IMG/VR virus record: IMGVR_UViG_3300042691_018527
Span: 22,012-86,011 of that record
DNA from: a virus
Length of the DNA: 64,000 bases
Reading direction: 5' to 3' (one strand)
The notes under the pieces are model-generated. The model searched no databases and was not told where the DNA came from. It saw nothing but the letters and a program-made list of their open reading frames with translations. This document shows, one piece after another, positions 9,971 through 19,178 of the stretch (the first letter of the stretch is position 1; every line of letters starts with the position of its first letter). A program made the position numbers and the translations under genes.

Positions 9971-10734
9971 AAAAAATATTATTTGTTATAGCAAAATACA
10001 ACGATGGTAGACAAAAAATATTTGATGAAATTATTTCGCCTAGAAATAAACATTACTGTGATAAACATGGATTTAAATATGTTGAAATTAAAAATGAAAC
10101 GCAGTTAACTTTGTTCAGAAACAATCCAACTTGGTGGAAATTTACAATAGTTAAAGATTTAATTGATAGTAATAAAGTAACTGACGGTGATATTATTGCT
10201 CACATAGACGCGGATATGTATTTTGTAAAGGATGATGTTTCAATAGAAACACCAAAGTCATTTTCTTATTCAATTGACAGTGGTAACACTCATTGTATGG
10301 GGTGGTACAGTTTAAAGATAAACGAATGGACAAAAAATCTTGTAAAAAATATCTTATCCGATGAAAGATTCAATCGTTTAAATGATAAAGTAACGATACA
10401 CGATAGATTTAAAACATATTCTAGTTTCTGGCATGACTTTAGAGAACAAGCAAGTTGGTATAGTTTGGCAGGAATAAAAAGACATTCTGATAAACCATTT
10501 TGGGAATATCCAAATAATGGTTTTTATAGTCAATATGACGAAAATGTTATATACACAATCGATGAACTCAAAGAAAACGTTGAAATATTTAAAACCAGCT
10601 TCAATGTAACAGAATGGGTTGGTGAAAGTTCTTGTGAATTTAACATCAATAACAATGTTAAAAAAGAAGATGTTGTCATAAGACACTTTGCCGGTGGACA
10701 AGACTGGAATAATGTTAGAAATTGGATTCAGTAA
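9967..10734 (+). CDS. GT34-like (MNN10/GMA12-type) glycosyltransferase
   Basis: NKHYCDKHGFKY, W.K, HIDAD, EQAS, HFAG motifs. Confidence 0.7.
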   Translation: MKKILFVIAKYNDGRQKIFDEIISPRNKHYCDKHGFKYVEIKNETQLTLFRNNPTWWKFTIVKDLIDSNKVTDGDIIAHIDADMYFVKDDVSIETPKSFSYSIDSGNTHCMGWYSLKINEWTKNLVKNILSDERFNRLNDKVTIHDRFKTYSSFWHDFREQASWYSLAGIKRHSDKPFWEYPNNGFYSQYDENVIYTIDELKENVEIFKTSFNVTEWVGESSCEFNINNNVKKEDVVIRHFAGGQDWNNVRNWIQ

Positions 10735-10738
10735 TGTA

Positions 10739-10766
10739 TTGATTTAAAAAAAAATTATTATACACT
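10739..10766 (+). promoter_or_regulatory. sigma70-type promoter inside the glycan island
   Basis: TTGATT-N16-TACACT, 10 nt before ATG 10777. Confidence 0.5.
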
Positions 10767-10776
10767 AATATATATT

Positions 10777-11451
10777 ATGAGCATAAACGAAATAACAAAT
10801 TTTTTAAATATTAAAAATTTTAATTTTGCAGAAGGTGGAGTATTTCACGAAGAAGGGCAAGTTGATATATTTTTTAATATATTAAAAAACATAAACACAG
10901 AAGAACCTAAAATGTTTGAATTGGGTAGTTATGAATCGTTTTATTCTGTTGTTTTTAATAAATTTTTCCAAAATAAAAACGTAACAAATGTTTGTTTAGA
11001 AATATGTAAGCCATGTTTAGACATAGGTGTTCAAAATTCAACCAATAATGAATGTAAAAACATGAGTTTTGAATATGCTAGTGTTGGCGAAACAAATTTA
11101 GGGATTTATAACGGAACCACACAATTTAAAGATTTAGAAATATCAGATAAAAAACTAACAGTTAAATATCTATTTGATTTCTATAAAATAGACGTATTAG
11201 ATGTATTACACGTAGACGTTCAAGGTTCAGAGGGGTCGGTTTTAGAAGAAATACAAAAAGAAAAATTGAAAATTAATTACTTTTTTATTAACATACACGA
11301 TGACAGTATAACAAATAATTTTTACGGTTATAGTGTATATGAAAAATGTAAACAAATATTAGATACTTTTGATGTCGATTATATCTATGATAATAGAATT
11401 TATGGTGGATATGGTGACGGCTTAATAGTAGCTAAAACTAAAAAAATATAA
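10777..11451 (+). CDS. FkbM-like SAM-dependent methyltransferase
   Basis: MFELGS and DVLHVDVQGSE motifs. Confidence 0.75.
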   Translation: MSINEITNFLNIKNFNFAEGGVFHEEGQVDIFFNILKNINTEEPKMFELGSYESFYSVVFNKFFQNKNVTNVCLEICKPCLDIGVQNSTNNECKNMSFEYASVGETNLGIYNGTTQFKDLEISDKKLTVKYLFDFYKIDVLDVLHVDVQGSEGSVLEEIQKEKLKINYFFINIHDDSITNNFYGYSVYEKCKQILDTFDVDYIYDNRIYGGYGDGLIVAKTKKI

Positions 11452-11459
11452 AACACACA

Positions 11460-12365
11460 ATGAAAAAAATTAAAATAAACTTTGTAGATTTTTGGCCCAA
11501 TCTTATTAAAGATGACAATTATTTTTATAATTTGTTAAAAACAAAATATGATGTAGAAATAGATGAAGTAAATCCTGATGTTTTGTTTTTTTCGGTTGAT
11601 TATGGTAATGCCAGAGAAAGAGATCGTTATAAAAATTGTTTAAAAGTGTTTTATACGGGAGAAGATGCAGCCCCCAACTGGAATGAATGTGATTTAGCAT
11701 ACACATTCAGACACTCGTCCGACCCTAGAGAATATAGACTTCCGCTATGGGCATTATACTTTAATTGGTTTAACAGACCATATAACGATGATAGAGATCA
11801 AGCATTGTTATGGGACATGAAAGACTTTTTAAATAAGCCCACACAGGTTAATAAACCAAATTTTTGTGGATTTATTAATATGCAACCTAAAGGAAAACGA
11901 GTTGAGTTTGTTCCAAAACTAATGAATTACAAAAAAGTAGATTGTGCTGGTCCGTTATACCACAATACACCATATGTTATTACAGATAGTCGTGGAAATT
12001 TAGCTAGAGGTGATCAAAAATATAAAGTTGATTGGTTATCTTCTTATAAGTTTTCAGTTTCAATGGAAAATTGTTGTTCGCTAGGATATTGTACTGAAAA
12101 AATAATACATGCTATGTTTGCCAACTGTATTCCAATTTATTGGGGTTCAGAATCTGTTAATCAAGATTTTAATGAAAATTCTTTTATAAATTGTCATAAT
12201 TTTTCTTCTGATGAAGAAGTTATAGAAAAAATTAAAGAACTAGATTCAGATAATAGAAAATATGCAAAAATGTTAATGGGAGAACCTTGGTTTAATGATA
12301 ATAAAATACCAGATTTTGTTCAACCTGATTCTGTTTTGACTTTACTTTCAAACAAATTAGATTAA
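11460..12365 (+). CDS. GT10 alpha-1,3/4-fucosyltransferase-like glycosyltransferase
   Basis: FYTGE and YKFSVSMEN...GYCTEKI..A....IPIYWG signature. Confidence 0.88.
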   Translation: MKKIKINFVDFWPNLIKDDNYFYNLLKTKYDVEIDEVNPDVLFFSVDYGNARERDRYKNCLKVFYTGEDAAPNWNECDLAYTFRHSSDPREYRLPLWALYFNWFNRPYNDDRDQALLWDMKDFLNKPTQVNKPNFCGFINMQPKGKRVEFVPKLMNYKKVDCAGPLYHNTPYVITDSRGNLARGDQKYKVDWLSSYKFSVSMENCCSLGYCTEKIIHAMFANCIPIYWGSESVNQDFNENSFINCHNFSSDEEVIEKIKELDSDNRKYAKMLMGEPWFNDNKIPDFVQPDSVLTLLSNKLD

Positions 12366-12374
12366 TATATATTT

Positions 12375-12503
12375 ATGAGTACAGATTTTGATGAAAATGA
12401 TTTTAGAAAATATAAAAATGATTGTAGTGTTTTTATAGAAACTGGTTCTAATATTGAGTACTATAAATCTTCAAACGAAAACGTTTTCTTAATTTCTGTG
12501 TAA
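12375..12503 (+). pseudogene. 42-codon internally deleted methyltransferase remnant
   Basis: Manual translation MSTDFDENDFRKYKNDCSVFIETGSNIEYYKSSNENVFLISV*; VFIETGS resembles SAM motif I; TAATG coupling to next gene. Confidence 0.5.
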
Positions 12504-13213
12504 TGAAACCAGATAAGATATACATTGTTCATTATACAAAATTAAAAGACAGATATGATACTTTAGTTCCGTTTTTAGAAAACTGCAAAATACCTTATGA
12601 GTTTATAACTGAATTTGACCAAGAAGTTTTAGACGAGAAAGTATTAAATAATTTTTATAATCCAGACAAACAAAAATTTGAAAATAAAATTAAAAACTTA
12701 TGGGACTTGAACATCCATAAGTTTCGTCATTTAAATAAACCAGAAATTTCATGCACAATAAAACATCTAGTTGCAATTAAAAAATTATCACAAGAATGTA
12801 AAAATTTTGGTCTAATCTTAGAAGATGACGTTTTGTTTTATGATAATTTTAATAAAAATTATAAAACATATATTGAAAACACACCAGCAGATTGGGATTC
12901 AATTTTTTTGGGTGACGGTTGCGGTATAAATTTTCAAAATGAATCTATAATAAAAAGTAAAAGAATAAACGATAATTTATTTTTAATGCCACATCCAGCA
13001 ACTAACTGCGCAGAGGCATATTTACTAAAACCAGATATAGCTAATAAAATTTATGAATCTTCTATCCCGTTTCAGTTAGTATCCGATTGGGAATTAGCGT
13101 ATCAGTTTTTTAAATTAGATGCTAAAGTTTATTGGTGGTATCCATCCTTAGTAACACAAGGATCTAGAAATGGAAAATATAATTCAACGTTAGATTTAGG
13201 TCAACGACTATGA
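12503..13213 (+). CDS. GT25-like glycosyltransferase
   Basis: KIYIVH...DR, EISC..KH, LILEDD, AYLL motifs. Confidence 0.82.
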   Translation: MKPDKIYIVHYTKLKDRYDTLVPFLENCKIPYEFITEFDQEVLDEKVLNNFYNPDKQKFENKIKNLWDLNIHKFRHLNKPEISCTIKHLVAIKKLSQECKNFGLILEDDVLFYDNFNKNYKTYIENTPADWDSIFLGDGCGINFQNESIIKSKRINDNLFLMPHPATNCAEAYLLKPDIANKIYESSIPFQLVSDWELAYQFFKLDAKVYWWYPSLVTQGSRNGKYNSTLDLGQRL

Positions 13214-14298
13214 AAAAAATAGCATTTATTAAATTCGCAGGAATGGCATCTGGTGGTATTGAAAAATATCTTCAAACCATTGCAATCTTGTTAAAACAAC
13301 AAAATCACCACGTTGATTTTTATTACACAAACGCAGCACCCTTTACGAATGGTTGGAAACACCCAGAAAATAGTGAAGAAAGAAGAAAATACGTAAAAGC
13401 TAACGGAATTAATACAATTGAAGTTCATGTTGATTACAAGATAGGAGAAAGAGAGCCTTATGAATGGGTTGGTACTAATTTTTGGGATATTTTTGATGAA
13501 AAAGAATACGATTTTATACAAACCGGAAGAGGTGGATATCCAGAATACCCATTTAATTTAATTAATGAATGTAGTATAATTGACAGTATTCATAGTTTTA
13601 CTGGAGAAGACAAACCAAATATCAAGAAAGCAATATTATTATGTAAATGGCAAGCTGATAGATGGGCAAATAGCGGAGGAAACATTAATAAAGCTGAAAT
13701 AATACCATCGATTGTATATGTTCCAGAGAAAAAGAAATCATCACTAAGAGAAGTATTAAACATTCCAGATGATATGTTCATATATGGTTTTCATCAAGCA
13801 AATAGAGAAGATATTTTTTCACCAGTATCGTTATTATCATATGCTCAAGTACAAAACGACAAAACATGTTTTGTTATATTGGGTGGAAGTCAACAACACG
13901 TTAACTTAGCAAAACAATTAAACTTAAAAAACATGTATTTCTTAGAATTTACAAGTTCTACCGAAGATATTCATGATTTTTTATCCGGAATAGATGTTTT
14001 TGCACACGCAAGATCTGATGGTGAAGTATGTTCTGCTTCGATTATAGAAGCAATGTATCACGGAAAGCCAGTTATAAGTCATCCAGCATTAAACATGGGA
14101 CATGCTGAACAAATAGATGGGTGTGGAAAGGTTTGCAATTCTTTAGAAGAATATGTAAACGAAATGAAACTTTTAAAAAATGAAAAAAATTATTATTCTG
14201 AAAAATCAGAAAAAACATTAGATCGTTATAATGAAAAATACAATTATAAAAAAGTTGAAAAGGCTATAATAGACTTATATAACAATATTGAAAATTGA
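13210..14298 (+). CDS. GT4-like (GT-B) glycosyltransferase
   Basis: GGIEKY and DVF...DGEVCSASIIEAMYHGKPVI (EX7E) motifs. Confidence 0.85.
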   Translation: MKKIAFIKFAGMASGGIEKYLQTIAILLKQQNHHVDFYYTNAAPFTNGWKHPENSEERRKYVKANGINTIEVHVDYKIGEREPYEWVGTNFWDIFDEKEYDFIQTGRGGYPEYPFNLINECSIIDSIHSFTGEDKPNIKKAILLCKWQADRWANSGGNINKAEIIPSIVYVPEKKKSSLREVLNIPDDMFIYGFHQANREDIFSPVSLLSYAQVQNDKTCFVILGGSQQHVNLAKQLNLKNMYFLEFTSSTEDIHDFLSGIDVFAHARSDGEVCSASIIEAMYHGKPVISHPALNMGHAEQIDGCGKVCNSLEEYVNEMKLLKNEKNYYSEKSEKTLDRYNEKYNYKKVEKAIIDLYNNIEN

Positions 14299-14322
14299 CT
14301 TTTAAAAATTATTTATTAATAT
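14295..14322 (+). promoter_or_regulatory. sigma70-type promoter inside the glycan island
   Basis: TTGACT-N16-TAATAT, 6 nt before ATG 14329. Confidence 0.55.
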
Positions 14323-14328
14323 TAATCT

Positions 14329-14994
14329 ATGACATTAGAACAAAAAATTGACGAAATCGAATATCGATTAAAAACAGAATCAAAGATAATGGCAAAACAT
14401 GATTACCATGAAACGTTTCATTTAGCTTGTACGGAATATGTTAAACTAGATGGTCTTTGGATGGAATTTGGTGTATTTACTGGTAGGAGTATTGAACAAT
14501 TTTCAAGAAAAGCACCACTCATATATGGTTTTGATTGTTTCGATGGACTACCAGAGTATTGGGACGAAAATAATCCAAAGGGTTGTTATGGTTTAGGTGG
14601 TCAAATTCCACCAGGTTATATCGTTGGTGAAAATCATTCAATGTTTAATAGCAATCTTCCAACAAATTGGAAGCCTTGGCCAGAAAATGTTAAATTGATT
14701 AAAGGGTATTTTGAAGATACACTTCCAGTTTTTTTAAAAAAATTTGAAGGTGATGTTTCTTTTGTACACATTGATGGTGATTTATATTCATCCGCAAAAA
14801 CAGTTTTGGATAATTTAAAACCAAGATTTAAAAAAGGTTCTATATTATTATTCGATGAAATTGTAGATTATGAAGCTTACAGAGAACATGAAATAAAAGC
14901 ATTTGCCGAGTTCCTATTGGATACTGGGTTTGATTATACACCACTTTTGTATCAAAATTTAGGATATAGTCAAGGTCTATTTGAACTAAAATAA
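14329..14994 (+). CDS. TylF/Methyltransf_24-like O-methyltransferase
   Basis: MEFGVFTGRS, GFDCFDGLPE, KGYFEDTL, HIDGDLYSS, FDE motifs. Confidence 0.85.
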   Translation: MTLEQKIDEIEYRLKTESKIMAKHDYHETFHLACTEYVKLDGLWMEFGVFTGRSIEQFSRKAPLIYGFDCFDGLPEYWDENNPKGCYGLGGQIPPGYIVGENHSMFNSNLPTNWKPWPENVKLIKGYFEDTLPVFLKKFEGDVSFVHIDGDLYSSAKTVLDNLKPRFKKGSILLFDEIVDYEAYREHEIKAFAEFLLDTGFDYTPLLYQNLGYSQGLFELK

Positions 14995-14995
14995 A

Positions 14996-15634
14996 ATGTA
15001 TTCATTAAACAACTTGGATGAAAAATTATTAAAATATTTAAATTTTAATAATGGATTCTTTATAGAAGCTGGTGCAAATGATGGCATTAGTCAGTCGAAT
15101 ACTTTGATGTATGAGCAGAAATTCAATTGGTCTGGTTTACTAGTTGAACCTTCTTTCATAAAATATGAAGAATGTAAGAAAAATAGACCAAACTGCATAG
15201 TTGAAAACTATGCACTTGTTAATGAAAATTATAAAGAGAAAACAATTTACGGTGATTTCGATTACTTTGAAAAACACCAGTCTTTATGTGGTCAAATTAC
15301 AAGAAAAGAAGAATATTTCGATGATGATCTAAAGTGGAACCTAGACGAAAAAAATAAAAACAGCAAGATAATAGAAGTTCCTTGTGCAACACTAAACTCT
15401 ATTTTAGAAAAACATAACATAAACCATATAGATTTTTTTAGTTTGGATGTTGAAGGTTATGAAATAGAAGTTTTAAGCGGCTTTAATGTTCAAAAATACA
15501 AACCAAAATATTTTTTAATTGAAACTGGAAACGAATACAGATATAATACTATCTGTTCTTATATGTTTTCTAGAAATTATAAAATATTAGAAAACATATC
15601 GGACGTTGACACACTTTTTACATATGAAAACTGA
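14996..15634 (+). CDS. FkbM family methyltransferase
   Basis: FIEAGANDG..SNT, LVEP, IDFFSLDVEGYE motifs. Confidence 0.9.
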   Translation: MYSLNNLDEKLLKYLNFNNGFFIEAGANDGISQSNTLMYEQKFNWSGLLVEPSFIKYEECKKNRPNCIVENYALVNENYKEKTIYGDFDYFEKHQSLCGQITRKEEYFDDDLKWNLDEKNKNSKIIEVPCATLNSILEKHNINHIDFFSLDVEGYEIEVLSGFNVQKYKPKYFLIETGNEYRYNTICSYMFSRNYKILENISDVDTLFTYEN

Positions 15635-16187
15635 AAAATATATATTGAAATATTTTAGTGAAATTAAACAAATAATAGATTCTATAAAGATAGCTGAAAT
15701 AGATAATTTTATTAACGTAATAAAAAATATAAAACAATCTAATGGTAGACTTTTTGTTTTAGGTGTTGGTGGAAGTGCTGCAAATGCAAGCCATGCTGTT
15801 AATGACTTTAGAAAAATCCTTAATATCGAAACATACGCTGTAACAGATAATGTTTCAGAATTAACGGCTAGAATAAATGACGAATCATGGGAAGTATCAT
15901 ATTTAAATTGGTTAAAAGGAAGTAAACTTTCATCTAAAGATGCCATTTTGGTTTTTTCTGTTGGTGGTGGATCACAAAACACATCTCAAAATCTTGTAAT
16001 GGCAATGAAATATGCTAAAAAGATGAATAGTAAAATACTCTCCGTTGTTAGTAAAGATGGTGGATATGCTAAAAAATTATCAAATGCATGTGTATTGATT
16101 CCTGTTATTGATGAAAAAAGAACAACCGCACATGCCGAAGAATGGCAAGGAATAATATTGCACTTAGTAGTAAATTATTTTTTATAA
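15606..16187 (+). CDS. gmhA: SIS-domain phosphoheptose isomerase (GmhA-like); likely start at ATG 15624
   Basis: GVGGSAANASHAVND, LTARIND, FSVGGGS.N, HAEE motifs. Confidence 0.8.
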   Translation: MTHFLHMKTEKYILKYFSEIKQIIDSIKIAEIDNFINVIKNIKQSNGRLFVLGVGGSAANASHAVNDFRKILNIETYAVTDNVSELTARINDESWEVSYLNWLKGSKLSSKDAILVFSVGGGSQNTSQNLVMAMKYAKKMNSKILSVVSKDGGYAKKLSNACVLIPVIDEKRTTAHAEEWQGIILHLVVNYFL

Positions 16188-16192
16188 TATAA

Positions 16193-16768
16193 ATGAACAA
16201 AGTATTCATAGATTGTGGGTCTAATAAAGGACAAGGGTTTCGTTCATTTATTGAAAAATATAATATAGACGAATCTTGGATAATTGAATTATATGAACCA
16301 AATCCACTATGTGATTTAAAAAACAATATAGCTGATTTAAATAATTCTTTAAACATATCAATATATGATTGTGCTATATTTGATTACAATGGAAAAATAA
16401 AATTTTCTCAGTTTTTAGAAAACGACGAAGGTTCATCGGTAAATTGTTTAATGTCAAAAGGTGTATGTAGTGATGTAAATCATCCGTCTTATAGAAAGCA
16501 TGACACAATAATAGAAGTTGAATGTAAAGATTTGTCTGATGTATTGAGCAGATATAATAAAAATGATTTCATTGTAGTTAAACTTGACATAGAAGGTGCA
16601 GAATTTTCAACATTAAGAAAGTTATTAAAAACAAATTCAATTGAAAAAATTAATGACTTATGTGTTGAATGGCACACGGCATATGTAAATAACGAAGATG
16701 ATTCATCATGCAATGAATTAAAAACAAAAATAACAGAAAAAGGAATAAACTTATATGAATGGCATTAA
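16193..16768 (+). CDS. FkbM family methyltransferase
   Basis: FIDCGSNKG, YEPNP, KLDIEGAE, VEWH motifs. Confidence 0.85.
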   Translation: MNKVFIDCGSNKGQGFRSFIEKYNIDESWIIELYEPNPLCDLKNNIADLNNSLNISIYDCAIFDYNGKIKFSQFLENDEGSSVNCLMSKGVCSDVNHPSYRKHDTIIEVECKDLSDVLSRYNKNDFIVVKLDIEGAEFSTLRKLLKTNSIEKINDLCVEWHTAYVNNEDDSSCNELKTKITEKGINLYEWH

Positions 16769-17462
16769 TATATACGCAGACACGTCGAATATTAAAGAAA
16801 TATTCGACATATACGAAAACAACAAACACATTACTGGATTTACAACAAATCCAAGTTTAATGAAAAAGGCGGGAATAACTGAGTACATTCCCTTCATTGA
16901 GGAAGTTACTAGTAAAATTTCAGATTTACCATTTTCATTTGAAATTTTTGCCGATGAACTAAATGAAATGGAGTATCAGATTAAAAAGATATCCGAGTTT
17001 GGACAAAACATATACGTTAAAGTACCAATAACAAACACAAAAGGTGAAAGCACTGTTCCTTTAATTGAAAAAATGTCAAGCGAGGGAATTAAAATCAATG
17101 TAACTGCTGTTTTTACAAAAAACCAAGTAGAAAATTTACTTAAAGATTTAATTAACACAAGAACACCAATGATAGTTTCTATTTTTGCTGGAAGAATTGC
17201 GGATACTGGTGTTAATCCGTGTCCATTAATTGAAGAAACGTCAAATTTGACTAGACCAACTGGTTTTATTAAAACATTATGGGCTAGTACTCGCACTATA
17301 TATAACGTTTACGAAGCACAAAATTCAAAATGTGATATTATAACCGTTACACCAGACTTAATACCTAAGTTAAATCTTAAAGATAAAAATTTAGATGAAT
17401 TTTCTTTAGAAACTGTTAAAATGTTTTATAACGACGCTATAAACGTTGGTTATAAACTATGA
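16755..17462 (+). CDS. tal: transaldolase (short TalC-type)
   Basis: GFTTNPSLM, YVKVP (Schiff-base Lys), INVTAVF, SIFAGRIAD motifs. Confidence 0.92.
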   Translation: MNGINIYADTSNIKEIFDIYENNKHITGFTTNPSLMKKAGITEYIPFIEEVTSKISDLPFSFEIFADELNEMEYQIKKISEFGQNIYVKVPITNTKGESTVPLIEKMSSEGIKINVTAVFTKNQVENLLKDLINTRTPMIVSIFAGRIADTGVNPCPLIEETSNLTRPTGFIKTLWASTRTIYNVYEAQNSKCDIITVTPDLIPKLNLKDKNLDEFSLETVKMFYNDAINVGYKL

Positions 17463-18442
17463 TATTAAGTAGAACACCTTTAAGAATTACATTAGCTGGA
17501 GGCGGAACAGATTTACCTAGTTTTTATTCTAAAAATGAAGGATTTGTTGTGTCAATGGCAATCAACAAGTATATTTATTTAACTTTTAAAGAAGATTTTT
17601 TCGAGACAGATTTAAAATTAAGATACTCACACATAGAAATTGTTAAGAGTGTATATGAATTAAAAAACCATAGAGCAAAGGAAGCTCTTTTATTGCATAA
17701 TATTAAAGATAGTTGTGAAATTAATTCTTGTGCTGATTTACCCTCAAACACAGGACTCGGTTCATCTGGTAGTTTTTTAGTTGGTTTGTTAAATTTGGTT
17801 AGAGAATACAAAAGATTAAACACAGAACCTAAAATTCTTGCAGATGAAGCATGTGATATTGAAATTAATCGTTTAAATGAACCAGTTGGTAAACAAGATC
17901 AATACATTGCTGCTTTTGGTGGACTTAGAATATTTGAAATAGATAAAAATGGAAACGTTTCAGTTAAAAATTTAGAAATTAATCAAAACACACTCAAAGA
18001 ATTAATATCAAATACTTGTATTTATTTTTTGAATATTAAAAGAGATGCATCTGAAGTTTTAGTCGATCAAAAAAATTTAAAAGGAAATTCCGAAGAATTA
18101 TTAAAAATAATCAAAGAACAAGCATATCAAACAGTTGAATATTTAAAAAATTCAGATCTGGATTCATATGGTAAAATAATGGATGACTATTGGAATCTAA
18201 AAAAACAGTTATCAAATAAAATATCTGTTCCAATAGTTGATGAAATATATGAAACAGTAAAAAAAGATTTTAATGTTCTTGGAGGAAAAATAATAGGTGC
18301 TGGTGGTGGTGGTTTTTTAATGTTATATTGCAACAAAAATCATTTAAAACTAGATGAATTTATGAAATCGGCTGGATATTCTAGATTACATTTCAATATA
18401 GATAACACAGGTTCTACAATTTTAGGAAATTTTTCTTGTTAA
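17459..18442 (+). CDS. hddA: D-glycero-D-manno-heptose-7-phosphate kinase (GHMP family, HddA-like)
   Basis: PLRITLAGGGTD, GLGSSG, GKQDQY.AAFGG, GAGGGGF motifs. Confidence 0.85.
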   Translation: MILSRTPLRITLAGGGTDLPSFYSKNEGFVVSMAINKYIYLTFKEDFFETDLKLRYSHIEIVKSVYELKNHRAKEALLLHNIKDSCEINSCADLPSNTGLGSSGSFLVGLLNLVREYKRLNTEPKILADEACDIEINRLNEPVGKQDQYIAAFGGLRIFEIDKNGNVSVKNLEINQNTLKELISNTCIYFLNIKRDASEVLVDQKNLKGNSEELLKIIKEQAYQTVEYLKNSDLDSYGKIMDDYWNLKKQLSNKISVPIVDEIYETVKKDFNVLGGKIIGAGGGGFLMLYCNKNHLKLDEFMKSAGYSRLHFNIDNTGSTILGNFSC

Positions 18443-18443
18443 C

Positions 18444-19178
18444 ATGATATATTGCTTTGATTTAGATAATACTTTATGTTTAACTGAACATAAAAAATAC
18501 GCAGATGCAACACCAATTTTAAATAGAATACAACGAGTAAACGAGTTGTATGATAAAGGTGATTATATAAAGATATACACCGCAAGAGGAATGACAGAAT
18601 TCTCTGGTTGTCTTCCTAAAATATTAGACAAATATTGGGTAATAACAAAGAACCAATTAACAAATTGGGGCGTAAAACACCATGAATTGATATTAGGAAA
18701 ACCATCATATGATTTTTTTGTAGACGATAAAGCATGTCACAGTGATTTTTATTTTAAACCTTTGAATAGAACATATGGTGTAATAATAGGATCTTTTGAT
18801 GTTATACACCCTGGTTATGTAAAAGCATTTAGAGAAGCAAAGGAACACTGTACACATCTTACAGTTTTTTTACACGAAGACCCATCAATTGATCGACCAA
18901 ATAAAATCAAACCGGTTTTGTCGGTTAAAGAAAGAACAGAAATATTATTGGCAATCAAATATATTGATGATATTATACCATATAAGACAGAAGAAGAACT
19001 TCTATCTTTATTAGAACAAAATTTAGACATGATCAATATTAGATTTGTTGGAGATGATTACGAATTTAAAGATTTTACGGGTAAACATCTTAATATACCA
19101 ATACACGTATTAAAAAGAGATCATGGATGGAGTTCAACAAAATATAAGAATTTAATTTATGAACAACTCAAAAAGTAA
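18444..19178 (+). CDS. fusion of a HAD phosphatase and a HIGH-type nucleotidyltransferase (TagD/HldE-C-like)
   Basis: N-terminal DLDNT...YTARG...GKP...DDK; C-terminal GSFDVIHPGY...KER...GDDY...SST. Confidence 0.85.
   Translation: MIYCFDLDNTLCLTEHKKYADATPILNRIQRVNELYDKGDYIKIYTARGMTEFSGCLPKILDKYWVITKNQLTNWGVKHHELILGKPSYDFFVDDKACHSDFYFKPLNRTYGVIIGSFDVIHPGYVKAFREAKEHCTHLTVFLHEDPSIDRPNKIKPVLSVKERTEILLAIKYIDDIIPYKTEEELLSLLEQNLDMINIRFVGDDYEFKDFTGKHLNIPIHVLKRDHGWSSTKYKNLIYEQLKK

Noticed and set aside
16755-17462. Transaldolase as a cyanophage-style carbon-metabolism gene implying a cyanobacterial host
   Set aside because: Its position between gmhA-like and hddA-like genes points to heptose precursor supply; no photosynthesis genes are present
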